This document shows, one piece after another, positions 28,916 through 39,668 of a stretch of DNA of 64,000 nt (its first letter is position 1; each line of letters starts with the position of its first letter). Both the position numbers and the translations under genes were made by a program. The stretch is from Tagaea sp. Lineage in GTDB: Bacteria > Pseudomonadota > Alphaproteobacteria > CACIAM-22H2. The notes beneath the pieces were generated by a model, which had not been told where the DNA came from, did not search any database, and was given only the letters and a program-made list of their open reading frames with translations. The stretch covers positions 416,001 through 480,000 of the forward strand of contig CBDIIB010000003.1 of the NCBI GenBank assembly GCA_965279525.1, read 5' to 3'.

Positions 28916-30298
28916 ATGAACACGATCTTTCTGCTATGCGTGCTGCTCGCCTTGTCCGCCGTCGGATACCGGATGGGCCGGGCCACGGCCATCGGCCGCC
29001 AGAATGGCGGCACGGTACGCCTGCATTCCCTCACGTCCTACTATGGCTATTACGTCGCGCTTTGGTGCGGCCTGCCAGCACTCCTCATGATCTTCCTGTG
29101 GACGGCGTCTTCGGACTGGATCGTCAAGCTGCTGGTGGTTTCCGCACTCCCCGAGGAGATCCGCTCGCTGCCGGCGGACAAGCTGAGCCTCGTCATCTCG
29201 GATATCCGCAACATCGCGGCAGGCAACATCGCTTCGGCAGCCGCGACGCCGGCAGTCCAGGCGGCCGTCGACACCTATCGCAATCTTGCCGGCATCGCCC
29301 AGTCGGCGATGTGGCTCATCGGACTTGCCGTCGCGATGCTCGGACTGCTTCTGGCGCGCAGCCACATCGCGCCGCAGATGCGCGCGCGCAACCGCGTCGA
29401 AGGCATCATCGGGATCATCCTGATCATCGCATCGGTCATCGCGGTCCTGACGACGATCGGAATCGTCCTTTCGCTGGTGTTCGAGGCGGCACGGTTCTTC
29501 ATCGCCGTTCCGGCGACGGACTTCCTGTTCGGCTTGACATGGAGCCCGCAGACCGCGATCCGGGCGGACCAGGTCGGCTCGTCCGGTGCCTTCGGCGCCG
29601 TGCCGCTCTTCACCGGAACGCTCCTGATCGCGACGATCTCGATGCTCGTCGCGGTCCCGGTCGGACTGATGTCCGCCGTCTACATGGCCGACTATGCGCC
29701 GGCGAAAGTAAGGTCGGTCGCAAAGCCGCTCCTCGAGATCCTCGCGGGCATCCCGACGGTCGTCTACGGTTTCTTCGGCGCGCTGACGGTTGCCCCGTTC
29801 GTGCGGGAGGCAGGTGCCGCCATCGGCCTGGAAGTCGCTTCCCAGTCCGGCCTTGCCGCCGGTCTCGTCATGGGAATCATGATCATTCCCTTCGTTTCTT
29901 CCCTGTCCGACGACGTGATCAATGCCGTGCCGCAGTCCATGCGGGACGCGTCGTACGGTCTCGGTGCGACGAAATCGGAGACGATCAAGAGAGTCATCCT
30001 GCCGGCAGCGCTGCCCGGCATCGCGGCCTCGGTCATCCTCGCTTTCAGCCGCGCGCTGGGCGAAACGATGATCGTCGTCATGGCGGCGGGTCTGGCGGCC
30101 AACCTCACCGCCAACCCCCTCAATGCGGTGACGACAGTCACGGTGCATATCGCCGCCCTGCTCGTCGGCGACCAGGAATTCGACAGCCCGAAGACGCTGT
30201 CGGCCTTCGCGCTCGGCCTCGTGCTGTTCGCGGTGACGCTCGCACTCAACATTCTTGCGATGCGGATCGTCCGCAAATACAGGGAGCAGTACGAATGA
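28916..30298 (+). CDS. pstC: Phosphate ABC permease
   Basis: KPLLEILAGIPTVVYGFF, SRALGETMIV. Confidence 0.93.
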   Translation: MNTIFLLCVLLALSAVGYRMGRATAIGRQNGGTVRLHSLTSYYGYYVALWCGLPALLMIFLWTASSDWIVKLLVVSALPEEIRSLPADKLSLVISDIRNIAAGNIASAAATPAVQAAVDTYRNLAGIAQSAMWLIGLAVAMLGLLLARSHIAPQMRARNRVEGIIGIILIIASVIAVLTTIGIVLSLVFEAARFFIAVPATDFLFGLTWSPQTAIRADQVGSSGAFGAVPLFTGTLLIATISMLVAVPVGLMSAVYMADYAPAKVRSVAKPLLEILAGIPTVVYGFFGALTVAPFVREAGAAIGLEVASQSGLAAGLVMGIMIIPFVSSLSDDVINAVPQSMRDASYGLGATKSETIKRVILPAALPGIAASVILAFSRALGETMIVVMAAGLAANLTANPLNAVTTVTVHIAALLVGDQEFDSPKTLSAFALGLVLFAVTLALNILAMRIVRKYREQYE

Positions 30299-31605
30299 CC
30301 GAAATGGCTGTTCCCGCCGGAGCTGCATCGCGGCACACCAGCGACGAGGCGCGCAAGCGGCTCGAGAAGCGCTATGCGGCCGAGCGCCGGTTCAAGATCT
30401 ACGGAATGGCAGCGCTTTCGTTCGCGATCGGCGCCCTGTTCCTGCTCCTTTGGACGATCCTTTCGAACGGTGCCACCGCTTTCGTCCAGACCCATATCCG
30501 GCTGCCGGTGCATTTCGATCCGGCCATCATCGACCCGGACGCAAAGCGCGATCCGGTCGCCTTCCGCCAGGCGAACTGGGCGGCTGTGGTACGGGCTGCA
30601 CTTCAGGAGAAGTTCCCGGACGTGCGCGGCCGACTTCCATTGCGCCAGCTCGATGCGCTGCTTTCCGACGGCGCCCAGATCGAACTGCTGCGGATGGTCA
30701 CAGCCGATCCCGGGCTCCTCGGGCAGCGCCGGGATGTCTGGCTTCTCACGTCGTCCGACATCGACATGATCCAGAAAGGCCACTCGGCGCGCGATATCCC
30801 GGAGAGTTCCCGCCGGGTCAATGACGCGCAGCTGGGCTGGATCGATAAGCTTGCCGCCGAAGGGCGCCTCGAAAAGCGCTTCAATACCCGTTTCTTCACG
30901 GCGGCAGACAGCCGGCAGCCGGAGCTCGTCGGTGTCTGGGGCGGTGTCGTCGGCTCATTCCTCACGCTCGGGATCACGCTGCTGCTGGCATTTCCGATGG
31001 GCGTGGCGGCGGCGATCTATCTCGAAGAATATGCGCCGAAGAACCGTTTCACCGACCTGGTCGAGGTCAACATCAACAATCTGGCGGCCGTGCCGTCGAT
31101 CGTCTACGGCCTGCTCGGCTTGGCGGTGTTTCTCCAGTTCTTCGGCATGCCGCGTTCCGCTCCGGTGGTCGGCGGCGTCGTGCTCGCCCTGATGAGCCTT
31201 CCCATCATCATCATTGCGGCACGGGCAGCACTACGCTCGGTGCCGCCCTCGATCCGCGAGGCCGCACTCGGGATAGGAGCTTCGAAGATGCAGGCGATCT
31301 TCCATCACATACTGCCGCTTGCCATGCCGGGTATCATGACCGGTACGATCATCGCGCTCGCGCATGCGCTGGGAGAGACGGCACCGCTCCTGATGATCGG
31401 GATGGTCGCGTTCGTCGTCGACATACCGACCGGCCCGTTCTCGCCGTCGACTGTCCTGCCGGTGCAGATATTCATGTGGGCCGACAATCCCGAGCGCGGC
31501 TTTGTCGAGAAGACGTCGGCTGCGATCATGACCTTGCTGGTATTCCTCCTGATGATGAACGCGGTCGCGATCTGGCTGCGGAAAAAATTCGAAAGACGGT
31601 GGTAG
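30295..31605 (+). CDS. pstA: Phosphate ABC permease
   Basis: Start MTEMAV (ATGA overlap); EVNINNLAAVPSIVYGLLGL, ALGETAPLL. Confidence 0.93.
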   Translation: MTEMAVPAGAASRHTSDEARKRLEKRYAAERRFKIYGMAALSFAIGALFLLLWTILSNGATAFVQTHIRLPVHFDPAIIDPDAKRDPVAFRQANWAAVVRAALQEKFPDVRGRLPLRQLDALLSDGAQIELLRMVTADPGLLGQRRDVWLLTSSDIDMIQKGHSARDIPESSRRVNDAQLGWIDKLAAEGRLEKRFNTRFFTAADSRQPELVGVWGGVVGSFLTLGITLLLAFPMGVAAAIYLEEYAPKNRFTDLVEVNINNLAAVPSIVYGLLGLAVFLQFFGMPRSAPVVGGVVLALMSLPIIIIAARAALRSVPPSIREAALGIGASKMQAIFHHILPLAMPGIMTGTIIALAHALGETAPLLMIGMVAFVVDIPTGPFSPSTVLPVQIFMWADNPERGFVEKTSAAIMTLLVFLLMMNAVAIWLRKKFERRW

Positions 31606-31608
31606 ATC

Positions 31609-32425
31609 ATGGAAATCAGTCTCAAGAGCCAGACGGTCTCGAGCACGCCGGTTGCCACGGTGTCGCCGACGATGAAAGTCGTCGCGAACGGCGTGAACGT
31701 GCACTATGGCGCCAAGCATGCACTGAAGGACGTCAGGATCGGCATTCGCGAGAACCAGGTCACGGCTTTCATCGGTCCATCCGGTTGCGGCAAGTCGACG
31801 TTCCTGCGCTGCATCAACCGGATGAACGACACGATCGCCTCGTGCCGCGTATCTGGCGATCTCCGGCTCGACGATCAGGACATCTACGACAAGTCGATCG
31901 ACGTCGTGCAGCTGCGCGCGCGGGTCGGGATGGTGTTCCAGAAGGCCAATCCGTTCCCGAAATCCATTTTCGAGAACATCGCCTATGGCCCCAGAATCCA
32001 TGGTCTTGCGACAAAGTCGGCGGAGTTCGAAGAGATCGTCGAGAAATCCCTTCGCGGCGCTGGCCTTTGGGACGAAGTGAAGGATCAGGCTCGATGATCC
32101 GGGTACCGGACTCTCCGGCGGACAGCAGCAGCGGCTTTGCATCGCGCGCGCCATTGCCGTGTCGCCCGAAGTCATCCTGATGGACGAGCCGTGCTCGGCA
32201 CTCGACCCGATCGCCACGGCGCATGTCGAGGAATTGATAGACGGGCTGAGGGCCGACTACACGATCGTCATCGTGACCCACAACATGCAGCAGGCAGCGC
32301 GCGTGTCGCAGCGCACGGCCTTCTTCCATCTGGGCACGCTGGTCGAGGAAGACGATACCGCGACCATCTTCACCAATCCGCGCGACGAGCGCACGCAAGG
32401 ATACATCACCGGCCGCTACGGCTGA
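31609..32425 (+). pseudogene. pstB: Phosphate ABC ATPase, split by a +1 frameshift
   Basis: N-half with GPSGCGKST...GLWDEVKD stops at 32097; C-half ([41 protein letters not shown]...YITGRYG) is in another frame; one extra base at ~32086-32087. Confidence 0.85.
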
Positions 32426-32447
32426 CCGGGACCGAGGAGAAGCCGAC

Positions 32448-33170
32448 ATGGCAAACGAACATATCGTCAGGTCCTATGACGAAGAACTGAAGCGGCTGAC
32501 GAATCTGCTTGCGCGGATGGGCGGTCTTGTCGAGACGCAGATCGCGACGGCGATACAGGCGGTCATGCAGCGCGATGCCGACCTGGCTGCATCCGTCGTC
32601 AGTGCCGACAATCGGGTCGACGACCTTGAACGGGAGATCGACGACCAGGTCCTGCGGGTCATGGCACTGCGCCAGCCGGTGGCGAGCGACCTTCGGCTCG
32701 TGCTGGGCGCCTTGCGGATCGGTGCCGATCTCGAGCGTGCGGCCGACTATGCGAAAAACGTCGCGAAGCGCGCCAGCGTGCTTGCGCAGGTCCCGCCGCT
32801 CCGGCCGGTCCACTCGATTCCCCGGATGGGCGCGATGGTTCGCGAGATGCTGAAGGACGTTCTGGACGCGTTTGCCGCCCAGGATGTCGTCAAGGCCGTA
32901 TCCGTCTGGAACAGGGACGAGGAGCTCGACGAAATGTATTCGTCGCTCTTCCGGGAGTTGCTTACCTATATGATGGAAGATCCGCGCAATATTTCCGGAT
33001 CCACGCATCTTCTTTTCATTGCAAAGAACATCGAGCGGATCGGCGACCATACGACCAACATTGCCGAGACCATCCATTTTCTGGTGAAAGGCGTGCCGTT
33101 GCGCGAAGTGCGTCCGAAGGGCGACCTGTCGAGCTTTGCGGTCATGTCCGACGTCACCAAGACGACTTGA
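32448..33170 (+). CDS. phoU: Phosphate signalling protein PhoU
   Basis: [29 protein letters not shown]. Confidence 0.95.
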   Translation: MANEHIVRSYDEELKRLTNLLARMGGLVETQIATAIQAVMQRDADLAASVVSADNRVDDLEREIDDQVLRVMALRQPVASDLRLVLGALRIGADLERAADYAKNVAKRASVLAQVPPLRPVHSIPRMGAMVREMLKDVLDAFAAQDVVKAVSVWNRDEELDEMYSSLFRELLTYMMEDPRNISGSTHLLFIAKNIERIGDHTTNIAETIHFLVKGVPLREVRPKGDLSSFAVMSDVTKTT

Positions 33171-33180
33171 GGAGGACGAT

Positions 33181-33876
33181 TTGAAACCACTTCTTCTGAT
33201 CGTCGAAGACGAGGCAGCGTTGGTCGAGCTGCTGCGGTACAATTTCGAAAAGGAAGGATTCCGAGTGTCGGTCGCGATGGATGGCGAGGCGGCACTCGTC
33301 TCTGTCGCCGAGGCGCGGCCGGATCTCATCGTTCTCGACTGGATGCTTCCGCACGTATCCGGGCTCGAGGTGTGCCGGCAGATACGGCGCAAGGCGGATA
33401 CGCGCGACGTCCCGATCATCATGCTGACCGCCCGTGGCGAAGAGAGCGATCGCATTCGCGGGCTGGAGGTCGGGGCCGACGACTATGTCGCGAAGCCGTT
33501 CAGCCCGTCCGAATTGATCGCGCGGGTCCGGGCGGTGCTGCGACGCTCGAAGCCGTCGACGGCGCAGGATCTGCTGACGTTCGGCGATCTCGTGATGGAT
33601 CTTTCCGCACATCGGGTCTTGCGTTCGGGTCGCCCGATACATCTGGGTCCGACCGAGTTCCGGCTGCTGCGCTTCCTGCTCGAGCGACCGGGCCGCGTGT
33701 ACAGCCGCGAGCAGCTTCTCGATGCGGTCTGGGGGCGGGACATCTATGTCGAGCCACGGACGGTCGATGTTCATATCCGGCGGCTTCGCAAGGCGATCAA
33801 TCTGCCCGGCGACTCGGATCTGATCCGCACCGTCCGTTCCGCCGGATACGCACTCGACGAAAGTGCGGATGCATAG
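33181..33876 (+). CDS. phoB: Phosphate regulon response regulator
   Basis: TTG start after GAGGAG; LDWMLP, GADDYVAKPFS, LGPTEFRLL, RTVDVHIRRLRK. Confidence 0.95.
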   Translation: MKPLLLIVEDEAALVELLRYNFEKEGFRVSVAMDGEAALVSVAEARPDLIVLDWMLPHVSGLEVCRQIRRKADTRDVPIIMLTARGEESDRIRGLEVGADDYVAKPFSPSELIARVRAVLRRSKPSTAQDLLTFGDLVMDLSAHRVLRSGRPIHLGPTEFRLLRFLLERPGRVYSREQLLDAVWGRDIYVEPRTVDVHIRRLRKAINLPGDSDLIRTVRSAGYALDESADA

Positions 33877-33926
33877 ATCGGCCTGATTTGGGTGGCGCGA
33901 CAACGGCATCCGGATATGATGCCGGC

Positions 33927-35231
33927 ATGACGAAACCGCATCTTACGCCGAATCCTGAAAGACTTAGCGCAACGGCCCAGCGGGCGGCGATTTCCGCGGG
34001 CAAGCTCGATTCGTCGACGCTTGTCAGAGCCTGCCTCGAACGTATCGACGAGCGGGACAAGGACGTCCGCGCCTGGGCGCATGTCGAGCGCAAGGACAGT
34101 CGAGGCCGGGCCGGATCGCTCGACCGGCTGGCACAGACGCAACCGCTTCACGGGATTCCGGTCGGCATCAAGGATCTGATCGATACGGCCAACATGCCGA
34201 CGACATATGGTTCGCCGATCTATCGGGACAACCGCCCGAAGTCCGATGCGGCTTGCGTGAAGAAGCTGGTGGCCGCCGGCGCCGTCGTCCTCGGCAAGAC
34301 GGTGACCACCGAGTTCGCCTATTTCACGCCTGGCCCGACACATAACCCGCATCTTCGCGGTTACACGCCAGGTGGTTCATCGTCGGGATCGGCGGCGGCG
34401 GTCGCCGATTTCCAGGTGCCGATCGCACTTGGCACGCAAACCGCCGGCTCCGTGATCCGTCCGGCCGCCTTTTGCGGCGTGGTCGGGTACAAGGGAACCT
34501 ACGGGTGGGCGGACATGGCCGGCATCAAGCCGCTTTCTCCGGCACTCGATACGTTGGGCGTGTTCTGCCGTGCGGTGAGCGACATCGATCTTGTCCGCCG
34601 CGCGCTGGTCGGTCCGCCACCGGCCTCGAGATCGGCAGCCGGCGGCCAGAAGATACTGCGCATCGCGATCTGCCGTACGCCCTATTGGATCGAAGCGGAT
34701 GCCGATACGCGCACGATGTTCGAGCGGGTCGTCGAACGGCTGATCGGTGCGGGCGCGTTCGTGGGGGAGTTCGAGCCCGACGAAAGCTGGAACGCGCTCA
34801 ACGATGCCCAGCTTGCGATCATGATGCGCGAGGCAGCCAAGGCCCTGGCCCGCGAGCGGGAGGAGCATCCGAAGCTTCTGAGCGCCCGCCTCATGGAAAT
34901 GCTCGAAGACGGCGACAAGGTCGGCATTCGCGAGGAGACAGCCGCAAAGGCGCTGGCGACCAAGAGCCGCAACCGCCTGGCGCAGGTCTGGCGCGACTTC
35001 GACATGATCCTTGCCCCGGCGGCACCGGGTGCCGCCCCCCGCGGCCTCGAGCGGACGGGCGATCCGGTCTTCAACCGGATGTGGACACTTCTCGGCAATC
35101 CCTGCATCGCCCTTCCGGCAGGCAAGATCGGGAACGGCCTGCCGCTTGCCATCCAGCTTGTGGGACCGCACAACGAAGACAACGCACTTGTCGCAAATGC
35201 GGCGTGGGTCGAAGCACAACTTGCCGGATAG
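33927..35231 (+). CDS. Amidase-signature enzyme
   Basis: GIPVGIKD, GKTVTTEFA, PGGSSSGS, GTQTAGSVIRPA. Confidence 0.9.
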   Translation: MTKPHLTPNPERLSATAQRAAISAGKLDSSTLVRACLERIDERDKDVRAWAHVERKDSRGRAGSLDRLAQTQPLHGIPVGIKDLIDTANMPTTYGSPIYRDNRPKSDAACVKKLVAAGAVVLGKTVTTEFAYFTPGPTHNPHLRGYTPGGSSSGSAAAVADFQVPIALGTQTAGSVIRPAAFCGVVGYKGTYGWADMAGIKPLSPALDTLGVFCRAVSDIDLVRRALVGPPPASRSAAGGQKILRIAICRTPYWIEADADTRTMFERVVERLIGAGAFVGEFEPDESWNALNDAQLAIMMREAAKALAREREEHPKLLSARLMEMLEDGDKVGIREETAAKALATKSRNRLAQVWRDFDMILAPAAPGAAPRGLERTGDPVFNRMWTLLGNPCIALPAGKIGNGLPLAIQLVGPHNEDNALVANAAWVEAQLAG

Positions 35232-35237
35232 GTTGGG

Positions 35238-35666
35238 TCAGGCGTTGACGGCCAGCGGCTGAGGCTTGCCTTCGTCGTCGAGGGCAACGAACGTGAAGCT
35301 TGCATCGGTAACGCGCACCCGGTCGCCATGGCCCTGGCGCAGGACCCAGACTTCGACTCCGAAGGTGATCGACGTGCGTCCGAGTTTGTGCAGGTCGGTG
35401 TAGCAGCAGACCGTGTCGCCGACCTTCACCGGCCGGTGGAAGACGATGTTCGAGACCGCGACCGTCGCGACGCGGCCATGCACGAATTTCGTGGCGCTCA
35501 TTTTCCCGGCAATGTCCATCAGCGACATGATCCATCCGCCGAATACGTCGCCGCGCGGATTGGTGTCTGCCGGCATCGCCAGTGTCCGCGAGGCAAGTTC
35601 GCCGCGCGGGCCGTCGGGCGGGCTGATGGCGGCAGCCGAGGATCGTTCCTGTGCGATGTAAGTCAT
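35238..35666 (-). CDS. Acyl-CoA thioesterase (YciA-like hotdog fold)
   Basis: AMPADTNPRGDVFGGWIMSLMD, GRVATVAV, FTFVALD. Confidence 0.9.
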   Translation of the reverse strand: MTYIAQERSSAAAISPPDGPRGELASRTLAMPADTNPRGDVFGGWIMSLMDIAGKMSATKFVHGRVATVAVSNIVFHRPVKVGDTVCCYTDLHKLGRTSITFGVEVWVLRQGHGDRVRVTDASFTFVALDDEGKPQPLAVNA

Positions 35667-35739
35667 CCAATCTCCCTTCAGTGCGAGAAATCGGACGCAT
35701 CCTCCCGGAAGCGATACGACAGCAGATTAATCAGAAAAA

Positions 35740-35751
35740 TGCTGCAATGCA
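35740..35751 (-). promoter_or_regulatory. PhaR-type box
   Basis: Minus strand TGCATTGCAGCA matches TGCRNYGCASMA. Confidence 0.55.
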
Positions 35752-35792
35752 ATATAAATCCATTTTAAACTCTAAATATATGAATTAAGTCA

Positions 35793-35809
35793 ATTGTGCG
35801 ACGCACAAT
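35793..35809. promoter_or_regulatory. PhaR-type box within a perfect palindrome
   Basis: ATTGTGCG-A-CGCACAAT; contains TGCGACGCACAA, matching TGCRNYGCASMA. Confidence 0.55.
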
Positions 35810-35815
35810 AAACAA

Positions 35816-36796
35816 TCAGGCCGTCGTCGGCTGCCGCAGATGGCACGCCACCATATGGCCGGGTGCCAGCTCCTTGATCGGCGGCTCCTCGACCCGGCAT
35901 CGCGCTTCGGCATAAGGGCAGCGTGTGTGGAAGCGGCAGCCGGGCGGCGGATTGATCGGCGACGGCACATCGCCCGTCAGGATGATCCGCTTCTTCTTGA
36001 GGCGCGGGTTGGGTTGGGGGGCCGCCGACAGCAGGGCCTCCGTGTACGGGTGCTGCGGACGCGCGAATATGGTCCGCCGGTCGGCGATCTCGACGATCTT
36101 CCCGAGATACATGACGGCCACGCGGTGGCTGATGTGCTCGACGACCGCCAGGTCGTGCGCCACGAACAGAAATGAAACGCCGAATTCGGCCTGAAGATCC
36201 GTCAGCAGGTTGATCACCTGCGCCTGGACCGAGACGTCGAGAGCCGAAACCGGCTCGTCGGCGACGATCAGCTTCGGGCGGACGGCAAGGGCCCGCGCGA
36301 TGCCCAGGCGCTGGCGCTGCCCGCCGGAAAACTCGTGCGGATACTTCGACATCTGCTCGGGCCGCAATCCGACCTTCTCGAACAGCCAGGCAACGCGTTC
36401 GCGTGCCTCGGCACCCGTCGCGATGCCGAAATTGGTGAGGGGTTCGGCGACGATATCGCCTGCCGACAGGCGCGGGCTCAACGAGGAGTAAGGATCCTGG
36501 AACACGACCTGAAGATCGCGCCGGTGTTGCCACATCGCGGCCCGGCTGAGGGAATCGATCCGCTTGCCCATCAGGCGGACGGTTCCGGACGTCGGATCGA
36601 TCAGCTTCAGGATCGCCTTGCCGGCGGTCGATTTGCCGCATCCCGACTCGCCGACCAGGCCGAGCGTCTCCCCGGCATCGACGTGGAAGGTGATGCCGTC
36701 GACGGCATGGACGGTCGCGGAAGCCCGCCCGAACATCCCGCCGCGGATGGGGAAGTACTTCTTAAGATCGACGACCTGGAGCAGGGGAGCGGTCAT
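35816..36796 (-). CDS. Oligopeptide/dipeptide ABC ATPase (DppF/OppF-like)
   Basis: [47 protein letters not shown]. Confidence 0.92.
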   Translation of the reverse strand: MTAPLLQVVDLKKYFPIRGGMFGRASATVHAVDGITFHVDAGETLGLVGESGCGKSTAGKAILKLIDPTSGTVRLMGKRIDSLSRAAMWQHRRDLQVVFQDPYSSLSPRLSAGDIVAEPLTNFGIATGAEARERVAWLFEKVGLRPEQMSKYPHEFSGGQRQRLGIARALAVRPKLIVADEPVSALDVSVQAQVINLLTDLQAEFGVSFLFVAHDLAVVEHISHRVAVMYLGKIVEIADRRTIFARPQHPYTEALLSAAPQPNPRLKKKRIILTGDVPSPINPPPGCRFHTRCPYAEARCRVEEPPIKELAPGHMVACHLRQPTTA

Positions 36797-37800
36797 CGCG
36801 GCGGCTCCGGCAGGTGCTCGCTTTGCCAGCAGGCGGCAAAATGCCCGGGAACCTTCTGCTCGAGGGGCGGGACCGTCTGGCGGCATATTGGCTGGACGTA
36901 GGTGCACCGCTCGGCGAACGCGCAGCCGGAAATGGGCTGGGTCAGGCGCGGTACGATCCCCGGAATCTCGATCAGGCGGGGACGCGCACCCTCCGCGTCT
37001 TCGCCGCCGAGGCGCGGGATCGAACCCATGAGACCCAGCGTGTAGGGATGTCGCGGGCGGTCGAAGAGCGCCTCGACCGTCGCTTCCTCGACCTTCCGGC
37101 CGGCGTACATGACCACGACGCGCTGTGCCGTCTCCGCGACGACGCCAAGGTCGTGCGTGATCAGCACGATCGCGGCGCCGATCTTGCGTTTGAGTTCCAG
37201 CATCAGGTCGAGGATCTGGGCCTGGATCGTCACGTCGAGTGCGGTCGTCGGCTCGTCGGCGATGAGGAGCTTGGGGTTGCAGGCCAGCGCCATCGCGATC
37301 ATCACGCGCTGGCGCATCCCGCCGGAAAGCTGGTGGGGATATTCGCCGGCCCGTCGGGCGGCCTCGGGGATCTTCACGAGCTCGAGCATCTCGACCGCAC
37401 GCGCCTGTGCCGTGTCGCCCGACAGCCCTTGATGCAGCTCCAGCGTCTCGGCGATCTGCTTGCCGACGGTGAGAACCGGATTGAGGCTCGTCATCGGCTC
37501 CTGGAAGATCATCGATATCTCGTTGCCGCGGATGCGGCGCATCTCCTCTTCGCTTGCCGCAAGCAGGTCGCGTCCTTCAAAGCGGATGGAACCGGAGACG
37601 ATGCGCGCAGGCGGCGACGGCAGCAGCCGCAGGATCGACATCGCGGTGACGGATTTCCCGCAGCCGCTTTCGCCGACGACGGCCAGAGTCTCGCCGGCCC
37701 GCACCGAATAGGACACGCCGTCGACTGCACGCACGACCCCGTCGCTCGTGAAGAAGTAGGTGCACAGGTTCTCGATTTCGAGCAGGGCGGGTTCGGCCAT
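36793..37800 (-). CDS. Oligopeptide/dipeptide ABC ATPase (DppD/OppD-like)
   Basis: [32 protein letters not shown]; start may be GTG 37812. Confidence 0.92.
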   Translation of the reverse strand: MAEPALLEIENLCTYFFTSDGVVRAVDGVSYSVRAGETLAVVGESGCGKSVTAMSILRLLPSPPARIVSGSIRFEGRDLLAASEEEMRRIRGNEISMIFQEPMTSLNPVLTVGKQIAETLELHQGLSGDTAQARAVEMLELVKIPEAARRAGEYPHQLSGGMRQRVMIAMALACNPKLLIADEPTTALDVTIQAQILDLMLELKRKIGAAIVLITHDLGVVAETAQRVVVMYAGRKVEEATVEALFDRPRHPYTLGLMGSIPRLGGEDAEGARPRLIEIPGIVPRLTQPISGCAFAERCTYVQPICRQTVPPLEQKVPGHFAACWQSEHLPEPPR

Positions 37801-37808
37801 GACGCTGC

Positions 37809-38684
37809 TCACATCTGCCGGGCGAGGCGCGGATCGAGCGCGTCGCGCAGTCCGTCGCCGAGAAGGTTGATCGCCAGGACCGTCAGGGAAAGGAAGGCCG
37901 CCGGTATGAGGATCAGCTGCGGGCGGACCTGGAAGATCGCGCGCCCTTCCGCGATGATGTTCCCCCAGGTCGGGATCGACGGCGGCAGGCCGGCGCCGAT
38001 GAACGACAGGATAGCCTCGGTGATGATCGCCGAAGCGCAGATATAGGTCGCCTGCACGACGATCGGCGCGATCGTGTTCGGCAGGATGTGGCGCACGAGG
38101 ATGCGCGTCGTCGACGTGCCGGTCGCGATCGCGGCCTCGACGAAAGGCTGTTCGCGAAGACCCAGCACCACGCCCCGGACAAGTCGCGTCACGCGCGGCA
38201 CTTCCGCGATCGCGATGGCCATGATGACGTTCTCGAGGCTTGCCTTCGTCAGCGCCATGAGTGCGATGGCCAGAAGGACCGACGGGATCGACATCAGGCC
38301 GTCCATCACGCGCATGAGGATCGCGTCGACCCACCGGTTGAAGCCGGAGACGAGACCGAAGAACAGGCCGGACAGGACGGCCGATGCCGCCACCGCGAAG
38401 CCGACGAACAGCGAAGCGCGCGATCCGTAGATGACCCGGCTGTAGACGTCGCGGCCGAGCGCGTCGGTTCCGAACCAGAACTGGTCCGATGGCGGCCGCA
38501 GCCGGCGGATCGGCGACAGCGCCGAGGGGTCGACGGTCCCGAGCCAGGGGGCGAGGATGGCGATGCCGACCATCACGGCGATCAGGCCTCCGCCGATCAC
38601 GATCGACAGATTGCGCCGCCACCAGGCACGGCGGCGACCCTGCATCTGCGCGTCTGTCGCGGGAGCAACGAGTGTAAGCGCCAT
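37809..38684 (-). CDS. Peptide ABC permease (DppC-like)
   Basis: [27 protein letters not shown]. Confidence 0.92.
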   Translation of the reverse strand: MALTLVAPATDAQMQGRRRAWWRRNLSIVIGGGLIAVMVGIAILAPWLGTVDPSALSPIRRLRPPSDQFWFGTDALGRDVYSRVIYGSRASLFVGFAVAASAVLSGLFFGLVSGFNRWVDAILMRVMDGLMSIPSVLLAIALMALTKASLENVIMAIAIAEVPRVTRLVRGVVLGLREQPFVEAAIATGTSTTRILVRHILPNTIAPIVVQATYICASAIITEAILSFIGAGLPPSIPTWGNIIAEGRAIFQVRPQLILIPAAFLSLTVLAINLLGDGLRDALDPRLARQM

Positions 38685-38691
38685 TGCGTCC

Positions 38692-39633
38692 TCAGTACCG
38701 GATGCGGGGATCGAACAGCGAGTAGCTGAGGTCGACCAGCAGGTTGATCAGGACATAGACGAACGAGAACATCAGGATGACACCCTGGATGATCGGGTAG
38801 TCGCGCCGCAGGATCGCGTCGACCGTCATGCGCCCGAGGCCGGGGATCGCGAACACGCTTTCGGTGACGACGACGCCGCCGATCAGAAGCGCCACGCCGA
38901 TGCCGACGACCGTCACGATCGGGACCGCGGCGTTCTTCAGCGCATGCCGCAGCAGGACCTTCTCCGATCCGAGGCCCTTGGCGTTGGCGGTGCGGATGTA
39001 ATCCTGGCTCAGAACGTCGAGCATCGCGGCGCGCGTCATGCGCGCGATCAGGGCGATGTAGATCGTGCCCAGTGCCAGCGACGGCAGGATGAGCTGGCGC
39101 AGGAACGGCCAGAACCCCTCACGGATCGACACGAATCCCTGGACGGGCAGCCATTCCAGTTCCAGCGAGAACAGGAAGATCAGGACGTAGCCAAGAACGA
39201 AGACGGGGACCGAAAAGCCGAGCACGGCGAACATCATCACGAGCCGGTCGAGCCAGCCGCCGGCCCGCGCCGCGGCGAGCACGCCCAGCGGGACGGCGAC
39301 CGAAACCGAAAGCACGATCGTCGTGATGGACAGCGAGATCGTGGCTTCCAGTCGCTGGCCGATGAGTGTGGAGACGGGAAGGCTGGAGAAGATCGACGTG
39401 CCGAGATCCCCCTGGAGGATCGCGAACAGCCAGGTCGAGAAGCGCACGAGAAACGGCTCGTTGAGGCCGAGCTGCTGGCGGATCTTCTCGATGTCTTCGA
39501 CCGTCGCCAGATCGCCGGCGATGACCGCCGCCGGATCGCCCGGCGAGAAATACAGGAGCGAAAAAACGAATATGGCCACCACCCCCATGACGGGGATGGT
39601 GGCCAGAATGCGTCGGACGATATAGGCGAACAC
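38692..39633 (-). CDS. Peptide ABC permease (DppB-like)
   Basis: PGDPA, GDLGTS, DYIRTANAKGL, HALKNA. Confidence 0.92.
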   Translation of the reverse strand: MFAYIVRRILATIPVMGVVAIFVFSLLYFSPGDPAAVIAGDLATVEDIEKIRQQLGLNEPFLVRFSTWLFAILQGDLGTSIFSSLPVSTLIGQRLEATISLSITTIVLSVSVAVPLGVLAAARAGGWLDRLVMMFAVLGFSVPVFVLGYVLIFLFSLELEWLPVQGFVSIREGFWPFLRQLILPSLALGTIYIALIARMTRAAMLDVLSQDYIRTANAKGLGSEKVLLRHALKNAAVPIVTVVGIGVALLIGGVVVTESVFAIPGLGRMTVDAILRRDYPIIQGVILMFSFVYVLINLLVDLSYSLFDPRIRY

Positions 39634-39668
39634 GCGTGCAGATCCGTTCTATATCGTCCGTCTTGCCG

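Noticed and set aside
28936-31605. Apparent 889-aa PstA fusion (likewise the long versions of livG, dppD and the second CUT1 permease)
   Set aside because: ORF-caller extension through the upstream gene; real starts are at the downstream coupled ATGs
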